From positions 1 through 64,000 of IMG/VR virus record IMGVR_UViG_3300023110_001306: DNA of 64,000 bases; one strand, 5' to 3'. Below, in pieces: positions 49,065 through 57,711 of the stretch; position 1 is the stretch's first letter; each line of letters opens with the position of its first letter. The translations under genes and the position numbers were made by a program. Origin of the DNA: an uncultured virus (IMG/VR IMGVR_UViG_3300023110_001306) (taxonomy: Duplodnaviria > Heunggongvirae > Uroviricota > Caudoviricetes). The notes beneath the pieces were generated by a model that was not told the DNA's origin, ran no database searches, and worked only from the letters and a program-made list of their open reading frames with translations.

Positions 49065-49206
49065 CAAAGAGCATGAAGAATTTTTAAAAGAAAGAAAAAG
49101 AATAGCAGAAGAATCTAAAAGAAATCAACCATTCCTTCCTCCATTGCTACTTCCTGATCAAGAAGAATCTACTTCTTCTCTTCCCGCTTCAGATCTCGAC
49201 GAATAG
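49057..49206 (+). CDS. 49-aa hypothetical protein (not in the ORF track)
   Basis: MYNKEHEEFLKERKRIAEES...; SD GGAGG. Confidence 0.45.
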   Translation: MYNKEHEEFLKERKRIAEESKRNQPFLPPLLLPDQEESTSSLPASDLDE

Positions 49207-49465
49207 TTTTAAGTTCTTTAACAACTTCAAGAAATTTTAATCTATTATCTTCAAGCATATCTGTTAAACTTTTTACAGCATAGATAACCCACCACCACCA
49301 AGTAAAGGCAGTAACGCCAAATCCAACTGCTATAATGAGTAATACCCAATCGTAAAAATGTGCTATGTCAAAGATTAGTACTAGTATTAGTGCGAAAAGT
49401 GCTGTTAAAGGAAGCACCCGTCCCATCCACGCCCATATTTTGACGTGCTTTTCAAATTTGTTCAT
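49169..49465 (-). CDS. Two-TM membrane protein
   Basis: Two hydrophobic helices, WWWW and a coiled-coil tail; SD AGGAG. Confidence 0.65.
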   Translation of the reverse strand: MNKFEKHVKIWAWMGRVLPLTALFALILVLIFDIAHFYDWVLLIIAVGFGVTAFTWWWWVIYAVKSLTDMLEDNRLKFLEVVKELKTIRRDLKREEKK

Positions 49466-49466
49466 T

Positions 49467-50585
49467 CTATGCTCCTATTGTGCCAAATGGTTTCCATTCG
49501 CCTGGGGTTCCTTCGCGAATGCAAACCCAACCAACATATCCTGTTGGGGTTGGATGTTCATTCCAAACAATATCGCCTCTTGCGTAGATACCAGTTGACG
49601 GAGCCTCATTTCCAATTTCGAATTTTTTACCTTGAAATTTAATAGGTCCACCTACACTTAGTGGAGCATCAGGATTGTTTACGCCAATCCCTAGTTTACC
49701 TTTTACAGTAACCTGTGCTTCTACATCTGTTCCTAGTTCAATCTTTCCGTTAGCCTTAACTTTAATTCTAACTTGATCGTCTGTAACTATTTCCAGATCG
49801 TGTGTTGTGTATGTTCCTGTTTTTACACTATTGTAATCAGGGTCGACAATGTATTCAACTTCATTGCTACAAACACTTAATTGACCGTTAGCGGCTTCAG
49901 TACCAATACCAAGACGCATACCATCTCCATCATAGAAGATAAATTGATCAATTATTAAGTTGCCTTCAGTTCTTAAGTTTCTTAGTGTGCCTACTGATCT
50001 TAGGCTACTGTCTTGAATAGACTCACCTAATGCTGTTTCACTAATTGCTGTTTTATTGTTAATTTTGTATTCTTTACCCTCACGTAGATCAAAGTCTTCA
50101 GTAGACCATAATCTATCTGGGTGAGCCTGCATTACAAGTTGCCTAGTGTAATCTACTCCAGTCCACATAAGGCCCTTGCCGTATAAACTTTCTTCTTCAC
50201 AGTTAAAAGTTAAAGGACTAGTTCTTTCATTACGGACGTCTGCTTGGAGTTCGTTTACTATCATCTTCTGAGCGTGTACAGTACCTACAACGTTTAAGTT
50301 ACGTTCTACTTGTACATCTCCAAGAAGTTTAACAGTATCAATACTGTCAACTGAAATCTTACCATTCTCAACAATCAATGACTGCTGACTAGCACGGTCC
50401 TGAATACCTACACTAGTAAAATGGCTGATCATACCACCGTGTACCCAATCGCCACTAATTTCATCATTAGTGAACGTTGCCTTAGGTGGCTGTCTATTCG
50501 CTAGGGTGTCAATTGCTTGACCTAACTGCTGAAGGCCGTTTTTAACGGCTAGGATTTCTGTTTCTTGAAGATCATTATTGCTCAT
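49467..50585 (-). CDS. Virion structural / tail-fibre-like protein
   Basis: GIGT/GIGV repeats; C-terminal GDIVWN..P...GYVGWVC...GTPGEWKPFG; late promoter at 50591-50597. Confidence 0.7.
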   Translation of the reverse strand: MSNNDLQETEILAVKNGLQQLGQAIDTLANRQPPKATFTNDEISGDWVHGGMISHFTSVGIQDRASQQSLIVENGKISVDSIDTVKLLGDVQVERNLNVVGTVHAQKMIVNELQADVRNERTSPLTFNCEEESLYGKGLMWTGVDYTRQLVMQAHPDRLWSTEDFDLREGKEYKINNKTAISETALGESIQDSSLRSVGTLRNLRTEGNLIIDQFIFYDGDGMRLGIGTEAANGQLSVCSNEVEYIVDPDYNSVKTGTYTTHDLEIVTDDQVRIKVKANGKIELGTDVEAQVTVKGKLGIGVNNPDAPLSVGGPIKFQGKKFEIGNEAPSTGIYARGDIVWNEHPTPTGYVGWVCIREGTPGEWKPFGTIGA

Positions 50586-50605
50586 ATTATTATTTATCTA
50601 GATTG

Positions 50606-51913
50606 CTACAGTATGGCTTTTAGCAAAATAGTTTCAGCATTAATACGGCCGTTTAGTTTGATGTCTACTGCATTGATTTCATCTAAGAATGTAACTATTT
50701 TACGTTTACCAGCATCTTGAAACTCTTTAAGTTTCTCTTCTGGTTTACGTAGTGTTTTTTGAATACTCTTTTCTTCATCAAAGTCTTGTATAGTAGTACC
50801 TTTAACACTTAATCCACTACCTTCTCTTCCTTGGTGTAATGGATCAATAACTCTAGCAACATACTTGCCTAGTTTACGTGTTTTAATGTTAAACACCCAC
50901 AACTCACTAGCACCAATAATATCCTGTGGATTGATACTTACTAGTTGGAACTTGTCATCATTAACTGCATACTTCATTTTAGCAACCATCTTTTCCTTAC
51001 TACGGATACGTTTACGTGGTTTTCTATTTGCTTTAGCAGTATTGATAATAACATCTAAAGCACCGTTAAGTGAATCTAGTGCTTTAACTTTAACTTGAAT
51101 TTGTTTTTTAGGATATACAGAGTATGCTTCACTAAGTTGATTCCAATCTTCTTGTTCATCTTCGCTTAGTTTAGCAATGGCCGCTTTGGTAGGAATATCT
51201 AATACTTTTTGTAATTCCTCTTGTTCAGGAATATAAAACTCTTTCATCTTACGAGCGTGTGCCTGTGTACAGTTTACTTCTCGCAAATGCTTGGCAATAT
51301 CAAACCCTTTTGGATTAAACTTAGCAAAATCTTCTAACCACACTTCTAGCCATTCGTCAATCTTTTCACTCATTTGATAAGACTGGAGTCGGATACGATC
51401 CTGTATGCTCATTTTTACAGGTGCTTCTTTCTTTTCTTTTTCTTCTTCTGCTTTTTTAACTTCTTCTACCATACTCTCCGCTTGTGTATATAACTCGCTA
51501 AGGAATTTATTTACCGATTCTGATAGCGGTTTAGGAGTACCCATAGTTCCTGCAAGGCTTTCCCAGTACTTATTGTATGCCTCGTGTACATCTGGACATC
51601 CTAATGTGAGCATATGACACAATCCACCAACTGTGGAACCAAAACGACTGTCAGGCAGTTTGGATAATGTTTTAGCCTTTGATTTCCATTGCTCGTTATT
51701 TTTACACCATTCAAGAACCCAACGTTTGTAGTCGCTACCCTTGTACTCCAAACGATAGTTGTCAAACGCAGATTGCTTTAGTCGACCATATGCTTCGCCA
51801 CTAAGTTCGGCCGCACCAGAAAAATCAATATCAAAATTCTTATTGGCTCCGCGACGTGCAACAGTTCTTTTTTTCTTCCTAGGGGATCCTTTTAATAGGT
51901 TCTTACCTGCCAT
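50606..51913 (-). CDS. Conserved-looking T4-like phage hypothetical protein
   Basis: 435 aa; SINP..IIGA..LWVFN.KTRKL...VKGTTI..FD...S..KTLRKP...NGRIN. Confidence 0.7.
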   Translation of the reverse strand: MAGKNLLKGSPRKKKRTVARRGANKNFDIDFSGAAELSGEAYGRLKQSAFDNYRLEYKGSDYKRWVLEWCKNNEQWKSKAKTLSKLPDSRFGSTVGGLCHMLTLGCPDVHEAYNKYWESLAGTMGTPKPLSESVNKFLSELYTQAESMVEEVKKAEEEKEKKEAPVKMSIQDRIRLQSYQMSEKIDEWLEVWLEDFAKFNPKGFDIAKHLREVNCTQAHARKMKEFYIPEQEELQKVLDIPTKAAIAKLSEDEQEDWNQLSEAYSVYPKKQIQVKVKALDSLNGALDVIINTAKANRKPRKRIRSKEKMVAKMKYAVNDDKFQLVSINPQDIIGASELWVFNIKTRKLGKYVARVIDPLHQGREGSGLSVKGTTIQDFDEEKSIQKTLRKPEEKLKEFQDAGKRKIVTFLDEINAVDIKLNGRINAETILLKAIL

Positions 51914-51998
51914 TTCATCTCCAATACTGTGTGATTAGTTAAAACTATATAGCCTAATGTAAAAAAGTCAAGCAGAAAAAGAATGTTTTTTGTTCTTT

Positions 51999-53312
51999 TT
52001 ATAATTTTTCACCTACATCAAAGCCGCGAAATGTTTTGAATCTTGGAAAACGCAAACTGTAAGTACCGTCCTGATTTTGTGTAATTGCGTCTGCTCGTAC
52101 TTCTACAATATTGCCAATAAGTGTGCTACGATCATTCCAAAAATTATCACGATCGCTGTCGCTAAACCCACTCCCAACATTAACTTTGATATCTCTTCCG
52201 TCATCAAGTCCTTCACAAACGAGTGCACCAAGTTTACCAACATTCCGTCCTGTTCCTTCTTCGACATCTTTTACCTCCAATGATACCTCAATAAATGGTT
52301 TCATCTTTAACCAACTATGAGATCGTTTACATTCATAAGGAGCATCAACGTCCTTAATCATAACTCCTTCATAACCACCGTCTACAGCCGCTTTATTTAG
52401 GTCTACAAAGCGTTTTTCGCCTTCAGGAGTACTTAGGTCTACCTCTTCCCAGTCCAACGCTTGTACGTGCTTTAAAACGCTACTATGCTGGTCTACCCAA
52501 GCCTTAACTGCTTGGCTTCTAAACGATTGTGGTTTGTCCCAGCCACCTTCCAAAAACTTATCCAAAGGACACATATCAAATAAATGGAGAACTGCGTCTG
52601 TGGCATTGCCTCCACTCTTTCTGTGTACCTGCTTCATTAAGTCTTGGAAGTTAGCACTCATTACTTCTCCGTCTAGCACAAGATCGTATGGTGCAGGGTT
52701 ATCCTTTAATACTGTTTCAAGTTCTTCAATGATGTGTCCAAAGTTGTGAAACTGTTTACCATTACGGCTAAACGTTTCAACTTTACCATTCTTGCATACT
52801 GCAAGAACCCTAACACCATCTAGTTTGATTTCGATCTGTTTCTTGCCAACCATTTTCTTTTCATGCTTGGCAGAGTCGTGTGCGAGTTGACAAGTAAACA
52901 CAGGAACACAACCTGGTACTATTTTGTTTACTGTCTTTTCACTTACTCCACAACGTAAATCTTTGATAAGAATTCTACGATACCAACCATTCCATTGTTC
53001 TGCTGTTGCAACACTCATAGACAATTCAATAGCATCACGTGCCGCATGACCGGTTAGTTCTCGATTTTGTAATTTTTCAGCAAGTTCTTTAAACACATTC
53101 CAAGCAAGTCCTTGTGCTGATAATACTTCGTTCTCTGCTTTTTCTGGAACTTGTTTCACACCAAATGTTACAAGTGCGTCAAGACACATACGTACACCAT
53201 CAAAGAACTCTGGTAGTCCTTCATCGTGTGCTTTTTGTAGGATTGCTTCTTTGCCCAAACGTGAGTTGTCTGCTTCTAGTTGAGCGATAATATCTTGTGG
53301 TTGTGTTCTCAT
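51999..53312 (-). CDS. ATP-dependent DNA ligase
   Basis: KLDGVR, LDGE, EGVMIK, WLKMKP, VGSGFSD and SLRFPRF motifs. Confidence 0.95.
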   Translation of the reverse strand: MRTQPQDIIAQLEADNSRLGKEAILQKAHDEGLPEFFDGVRMCLDALVTFGVKQVPEKAENEVLSAQGLAWNVFKELAEKLQNRELTGHAARDAIELSMSVATAEQWNGWYRRILIKDLRCGVSEKTVNKIVPGCVPVFTCQLAHDSAKHEKKMVGKKQIEIKLDGVRVLAVCKNGKVETFSRNGKQFHNFGHIIEELETVLKDNPAPYDLVLDGEVMSANFQDLMKQVHRKSGGNATDAVLHLFDMCPLDKFLEGGWDKPQSFRSQAVKAWVDQHSSVLKHVQALDWEEVDLSTPEGEKRFVDLNKAAVDGGYEGVMIKDVDAPYECKRSHSWLKMKPFIEVSLEVKDVEEGTGRNVGKLGALVCEGLDDGRDIKVNVGSGFSDSDRDNFWNDRSTLIGNIVEVRADAITQNQDGTYSLRFPRFKTFRGFDVGEKL

Positions 53313-53345
53313 ACTTGCCTCTCAGTTGCCTTATTAATAGTTTAT

Positions 53346-53374
53346 ATTATATATTAAACACATCTAAAAGTCAA
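53346..53374 (-). promoter_or_regulatory. Sigma70-like promoter of the ligase gene
   Basis: TTGACT-17 nt-TATAAT. Confidence 0.75.
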
Positions 53375-53947
53375 CTAAAAATTATCCAAAAATTGTTCTT
53401 GCATTTTTATTTTAGCCTCTTTGTAGGATTCTACTTCTACATTTTGAATTTGGATATCACTTGGCAAAAACACATACGTAATAATTGAACTTGGTAATTT
53501 ACTAGTTTTAAGTCCGTCACCTGCAGATATACAGTATTTGGTTAGTGTTTGTTTATCAATTACTGCGGCACTATTATTATCGCATATAAGCAAGAAGTCT
53601 GCATAACTTTCTGGTAAATCTCTACCCTCACTTGATCCTCTGCTATTCATAAGTTGTAGATCTGATACGTGCTTTTTTTGTTTCTGTGTTTTGCTGGTAA
53701 ACAAACAATCTTGTGTGTATTTCATTTCAACTGTTGTACCGTCGGGCAATACATGATCAATACCTTCAACATTAATATAACGCATTTGACCATTGCTGAA
53801 TTTTTCTAACGATTTTTCAAACAAGTCGCTTTTATCAAAACGTAACTTACGTTCATTTAGTTCATCACCGACTGTTGAAACAAGTGTGCAGAACCTACTC
53901 CACTCTATATTTGATCTAAGCCAATCTGCTAATTCATTAGTGTTCAT
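53375..53947 (-). CDS. PD-(D/E)xK-like nuclease candidate
   Basis: E...GID...VEMK pattern. Confidence 0.5.
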   Translation of the reverse strand: MNTNELADWLRSNIEWSRFCTLVSTVGDELNERKLRFDKSDLFEKSLEKFSNGQMRYINVEGIDHVLPDGTTVEMKYTQDCLFTSKTQKQKKHVSDLQLMNSRGSSEGRDLPESYADFLLICDNNSAAVIDKQTLTKYCISAGDGLKTSKLPSSIITYVFLPSDIQIQNVEVESYKEAKIKMQEQFLDNF

Positions 53948-53975
53948 TAACTACTCCATCCACTAATTACTTATT

Positions 53976-54052
53976 TGGCGCACTCGAAGAGATTCGAACT
54001 CCTGGCCTCCAGTTCCGCAAACTGGCGTTCTATCCAACTGAACTACGAGTGC
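53976..54052 (-). tRNA. tRNA-Arg(GCG)
   Basis: Cloverleaf GCACTCG...CGAGTGC-G-CCA; anticodon arm CCAGT-TTGCGGA-ACTGG; GTTCGAATC T-loop. Confidence 0.92.
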
Positions 54053-54061
54053 GTAATTATT

Positions 54062-54090
54062 ATACTACAATATTCTTTGGTGAAAGTCAA
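54062..54090 (-). promoter_or_regulatory. Sigma70-like promoter of tRNA-Arg
   Basis: TTGACT-17 nt-TAGTAT. Confidence 0.6.
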
Positions 54091-54093
54091 GAG

Positions 54094-54121
54094 AAAAAAA
54101 TAGGCGACATAAAGCCGCCTA
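54094..54121 (-). terminator. Rho-independent terminator
   Basis: TAGGCGGC-TTTAT-GTCGCCTA followed by T7. Confidence 0.85.
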
Positions 54122-54151
54122 CTTTCTTTAAGATTGAAATAAGGATTTAGA

Positions 54152-54394
54152 TTATACTAAACCTTTTGCCATTGCTTTGTAACCAGCGGCTACAACTGCT
54201 CTTGACGGAGTACCTAATCTGTACTTCTTAACACCTTTTTTAGTGTTTAGGTACACAGGGTATCCTGCAAATCTTAGTGATTGAATAACTGCTTGTGGGT
54301 TACCAGCACCAAATTTAGAAGCAATTTGCTCTGAAGTTAGTTCTTTACCGTTTTGTAAAGCAGTTAATACGCTATCTTGAATAGTAGTTTTCAT
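54152..54394 (-). CDS. Small winged-helix DNA-binding protein
   Basis: LTSEQIASKFG..NPQAVI..LR..GY.VY...YRLGTP; own promoter, strong SD and terminator. Confidence 0.7.
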   Translation of the reverse strand: MKTTIQDSVLTALQNGKELTSEQIASKFGAGNPQAVIQSLRFAGYPVYLNTKKGVKKYRLGTPSRAVVAAGYKAMAKGLV

Positions 54395-54458
54395 TAATTT
54401 TCTCCTTAATTAAGTTTCAATTAGCAATGAACAGGGAAAGTCTCCATGTTCTTTATAT

Positions 54459-54487
54459 ATAATACACTAAAAATTTAATAAAGTCAA
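54459..54487 (-). promoter_or_regulatory. Sigma70-like promoter
   Basis: TTGACT-17 nt-TATTAT. Confidence 0.7.
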
Positions 54488-54502
54488 CGACTTATTTGCC
54501 AA

Positions 54503-55102
54503 TTACACAAAATCGGGTCCATGTACCCATCCAACTAATGACTTTCGGATGCCTTTAGTTACAGGTGTTACTTTGTGTGGCAAATAACTTGGGAAGAAAC
54601 AGATTTGATTGTATTGTAGATCACAGTTAATGCCTTTGTAGTCTACATCAAGAATTAGATCGCCACCTTCAAACTCGTTTGGATCGTTCAATAGCAAACT
54701 AAAACTTAGTTTTCGTGTATCACCATTTTGTCCTTTAAGGGCACCATCGCAATGTGTTACATAATGACCTTTCTTTTCTGCGGTATATACACTATACTGG
54801 CAAGGTTCTAAATAGGTAATAGCAAATTTGTATAATGTATTATTTGCATAATGCACAGCATCGCCTAACCTTGCATAAATTTCTGGAAAACGGTTTGTGT
54901 CAATCCAACTAATATCAGTTGATCGAACAGTATCGTTTGAGCCTACTGCATTGTCATCCTCGATAAATCCAGCGGGTTCTAATGGGTTCTCTTTGTTCAC
55001 ATAGTCAGCCAATTCTTGTATTTGTTCTGGTATTAGAACATTGTCTAACTTAAAATGCGGAAATGGATTGCTGTTAATTAATGGTGGAACTAAATTATAC
55101 AT
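54503..55102 (-). CDS. PKHD-type 2OG-Fe(II) hydroxylase
   Basis: HCD, RKLSFSLLLND..FEGGDL and FPSYLPHKVTPVTKGIRKSLVGW motifs. Confidence 0.88.
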   Translation of the reverse strand: MYNLVPPLINSNPFPHFKLDNVLIPEQIQELADYVNKENPLEPAGFIEDDNAVGSNDTVRSTDISWIDTNRFPEIYARLGDAVHYANNTLYKFAITYLEPCQYSVYTAEKKGHYVTHCDGALKGQNGDTRKLSFSLLLNDPNEFEGGDLILDVDYKGINCDLQYNQICFFPSYLPHKVTPVTKGIRKSLVGWVHGPDFV

Positions 55103-55616
55103 TTGTTGCTCTAATCTGTAGTGTTACTCTTGTCTGTTTTGCCCACGGAGTAATACTAGTAACCGAGTGCATAACAGGCTTTTCCATTCTATTAATCAAG
55201 ATCATTTTGTTGTAATTTGGTTCTTCGGCAATAATTTTTCCTAGTGTGCTATCTCTATATAAAAACAATCCACCATCGTTAAAATCCCAATCATGATTAA
55301 GATAAACTGTTGCACTAGCACCATACCCCATATCATCGTGCCAATCTAGCATACTGTTTCTATTCCAAAGGTACACGTATGATTTAAAATCGTAATCTTT
55401 TAATCTTGGATCTACTTCAACAATAAGTTTTTTAAGTTCTTCGTTAAACTCGTCAATTAAAGTCATATTAAAACTAGTTGAGCCTTCGTGAACAATGTTA
55501 TCAACACTATGGCTTGTCATCCAAGCAAATGAATTGCTTTGAATTTTTTCTTTGATATGAAGAGCAATATCTTCAATCATTTTTTGAGGTAGAAAGTTTT
55601 CTTTAATTGTAATCAT
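55095..55616 (-). CDS. 2OG-Fe(II) oxygenase (prolyl-hydroxylase-like)
   Basis: WHDD, YLN..W...DGG.F, HSV and RVTLQ motifs. Confidence 0.8.
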   Translation of the reverse strand: MITIKENFLPQKMIEDIALHIKEKIQSNSFAWMTSHSVDNIVHEGSTSFNMTLIDEFNEELKKLIVEVDPRLKDYDFKSYVYLWNRNSMLDWHDDMGYGASATVYLNHDWDFNDGGLFLYRDSTLGKIIAEEPNYNKMILINRMEKPVMHSVTSITPWAKQTRVTLQIRATNV

Positions 55617-55903
55617 ATTATTGTTTTTATAAACCCTATTCCATCTATTCCTAAGTATATAACATACATTAGTGTGAAGCCGAACGATTTCCGGCTATAT
55701 GCGGCGGTCATTAACAATACACTAGCCAGTATAAAAAACAAGTAGGCCCAAAACATAGGTGGGTTTGGTGAGTACCACATTAAGATTAAACTAGCAATTA
55801 AATTGCTAACCATACCTACAACTTCGTAGGCAAATCGTTTTGGGTTTGATCTAAAGTCTTTCTTGATCCAGTTTAATGTATCCTTACGACCTATACGACT
55901 CAC
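55613..55903 (-). CDS. Three-TM membrane protein
   Basis: Hydrophobic helices; coupled ORF. Confidence 0.6.
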   Translation of the reverse strand: MSRIGRKDTLNWIKKDFRSNPKRFAYEVVGMVSNLIASLILMWYSPNPPMFWAYLFFILASVLLMTAAYSRKSFGFTLMYVIYLGIDGIGFIKTII

Positions 55904-56622
55904 ACCTGCCTTTCTGCAATGTACTTGTTAGAGTTTACTTGAACAAAGTAACTTCTAGCAATCATATCGCAAAAACGTTGGAATTCTAATCCAAGACGAG
56001 CAGTAGCAGTCATGTATCCTGCTCTTGTTGTTTTACTTTCGTTAATAATTTGATATTTGTATCGAGGATTGATTAGATACACACCACCCTCAATCATTGG
56101 CATTGATCCGCAGTTTTCAACAACTAGTTTACAATCTTTGCCAGGCATTCTAACAGCACAAAGAATTGGTAATGCATCATCAAGAAAATCAAATGCATTG
56201 TTAATATTATATTCTTTATCCTGTCTTGGCTCTATTGAACTTTCAGCATCCAAAAATTCATATTTAATCCAACCAAATCTTTCAGATGGGAAACGTGTTT
56301 CCCACCATTCTCTTGTGTATGGAACTTCGTATGTTGTTGCAGGTCTATACTGTCCATTGGTTGCTAAGAACACTTCGTTTCGTCCTGGAAACTTTTGCTC
56401 AATCTTTTCTAGTTCAATACGTCCTCGGTAGTCTTGTCCTAATGGAATGAATTCTGGACTGTTAACAGATCGAACAGCAAGATTAATCCATCCAATGTCC
56501 TGCTTTATCATTTGTTCCAAATACCATTTAGCAACGTGAAATCCTTGATGTGGGTCAACGTCCTCAGGTAAAGGCGGAAAGATTATTTCTTTATCTTTAT
56601 GTTCGTTATAAAAGTCTGTCAT
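55900..56622 (-). CDS. Hypothetical protein, degenerate cupin/Asp-beta-hydroxylase-like fold
   Basis: SIEPRQD ... EGGVYLIN ... IINESKTTR pattern, with metal-binding His residues apparently absent. Confidence 0.45.
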   Translation of the reverse strand: MTDFYNEHKDKEIIFPPLPEDVDPHQGFHVAKWYLEQMIKQDIGWINLAVRSVNSPEFIPLGQDYRGRIELEKIEQKFPGRNEVFLATNGQYRPATTYEVPYTREWWETRFPSERFGWIKYEFLDAESSIEPRQDKEYNINNAFDFLDDALPILCAVRMPGKDCKLVVENCGSMPMIEGGVYLINPRYKYQIINESKTTRAGYMTATARLGLEFQRFCDMIARSYFVQVNSNKYIAERQV

Positions 56623-56779
56623 TTTTTCTAGCACTTATAAGTTGCCTTTGCAACCTAAATATTTCTTCCTTAACTAACTGTTGCTTCTGAAACTTAACAT
56701 TACGCTTTTGCATTTTAGTAAGTTCATTAATCTTTTCTTGAATCCTTTTTTCAAGAGCGTTTATTAAGTTCTGATCCAT
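56606..56779 (-). CDS. 57-aa coiled-coil protein (not in the ORF track)
   Basis: MDQNLINALEKRIQEKINEL...; TTAAATA just upstream. Confidence 0.5.
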   Translation of the reverse strand: MDQNLINALEKRIQEKINELTKMQKRNVKFQKQQLVKEEIFRLQRQLISARKNDRLL

Positions 56780-56799
56780 ACTATATTTAATACAATGTT

Positions 56800-56873
56800 T
56801 GGTGCCCAGTGACAGAATCGAACTGCCAATAGATGATTACAAATCAACTGTTATACCATTTAACTAACCGGGC
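56800..56873 (-). tRNA. tRNA-Thr(UGU)
   Basis: GCCCGGT...ACTGGGC-A-CCA; anticodon loop TT-TGT-AA; GTTCGATTC T-loop. Confidence 0.9.
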
Positions 56874-57190
56874 AAAATTTGAACTGCTGTAATACGATCG
56901 TAGCGGAAACTACGGAAACCTTTTGATTCAGTGGCCCATACAGCAATTACTTTATCTGAAATTTCTCGGACTTTCTTTTGAGTTAACGGCTCGTCTTTTT
57001 TAGCGGGTGGTAGCATACTAGGAATTAGTGTGCAAGGCATTACACGTTTATCGCCGTCTAGTTTAGTAAAGGTTACTTCAACTACGTTTTCCCTTAGCAT
57101 TTTCAGAAGATCGTCCTTTGTCGGAATCCCCTTCATTTCTGCGATCTTTTTTTCCAAAGATTCTGTCGTATCCTTCTGCGTATTTTGCAT
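56864..57190 (-). CDS. SH3/Sm-like (DUF2693/WYL_2-type) phage protein; start uncertain
   Basis: VEVTFTKLDGDKRVM.CTL...VW..E.KGFRSFR.D. Confidence 0.7.
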   Translation of the reverse strand: MQNTQKDTTESLEKKIAEMKGIPTKDDLLKMLRENVVEVTFTKLDGDKRVMPCTLIPSMLPPAKKDEPLTQKKVREISDKVIAVWATESKGFRSFRYDRITAVQILPG

Positions 57191-57236
57191 CGTCTGCACC
57201 TTTTCTTCTTCCACTACCTTTGCCTCCGTCACTCAA
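57078..57236 (-). CDS. 52-aa protein of the GGKGS...DRIFGKK type, overlapping the neighbouring gene
   Basis: TTG start with SD GAGGA 7 nt upstream; MSDGGKGSGRRKGADDAKYAEGYDRIFGKK... Confidence 0.6.
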   Translation of the reverse strand: MSDGGKGSGRRKGADDAKYAEGYDRIFGKKDRRNEGDSDKGRSSENAKGKRS

Positions 57237-57493
57237 TTCAACGTCCTCTTATTTTTAAGTTTATCTTCTTCTGGAATATCCCATGCCATCTGTTCTTCAA
57301 TAGCATAACGAGCACCTTCGATATAATCTCGATCTTCGTCGTCTAACGCACTCCAAAACTTACTTACTGTTTGAATGTGTTCTTCAACAACTTCAGGACG
57401 TTTTAAATGATAATTATCCTCCATCCACATTTGGAGAATATCCATACGTTGTTTAATTTTTTCTCTTACACTCAAATCAAAATCCTCGACCAT
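57233..57493 (-). CDS. Hypothetical protein
   Basis: Likely start MVEDFDLS at 57493. Confidence 0.55.
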   Translation of the reverse strand: MVEDFDLSVREKIKQRMDILQMWMEDNYHLKRPEVVEEHIQTVSKFWSALDDEDRDYIEGARYAIEEQMAWDIPEEDKLKNKRTLN

Positions 57494-57710
57494 TTGTGAT
57501 CTTGTATTCCTGTGGTCCAGGTGTTGTAAACTCCATGCCCATTTTATTTCCGACATAAACTTTACCATTCCATTGCATCTTGATTTGATTTTGCACCATG
57601 AATACTTCGACAAACTTTCCTTTTTCAAATCTGTCTACATCTGCTGTAATAGTCTTGTCATTATCTGTACAAGTTACTACACACGTTTTATCATGTTCTG
57701 TTCTAATCAT
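57477..57710 (-). CDS. Hypothetical protein
   Basis: 77 aa; SD AGGAG. Confidence 0.65.
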   Translation of the reverse strand: MIRTEHDKTCVVTCTDNDKTITADVDRFEKGKFVEVFMVQNQIKMQWNGKVYVGNKMGMEFTTPGPQEYKITNGRGF

Positions 57711-57711
57711 G

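Noticed and set aside
51975..52000. AAAAAGAA/TTCTTTTT inverted repeat after the ligase gene
   Set aside because: An almost all-AT stem is too weak to call a terminator.
57494..57628. N-terminal extension of ORF 57233..57628
   Set aside because: It overlaps the SD-led 57477..57710 gene; the start at 57493 is more plausible.
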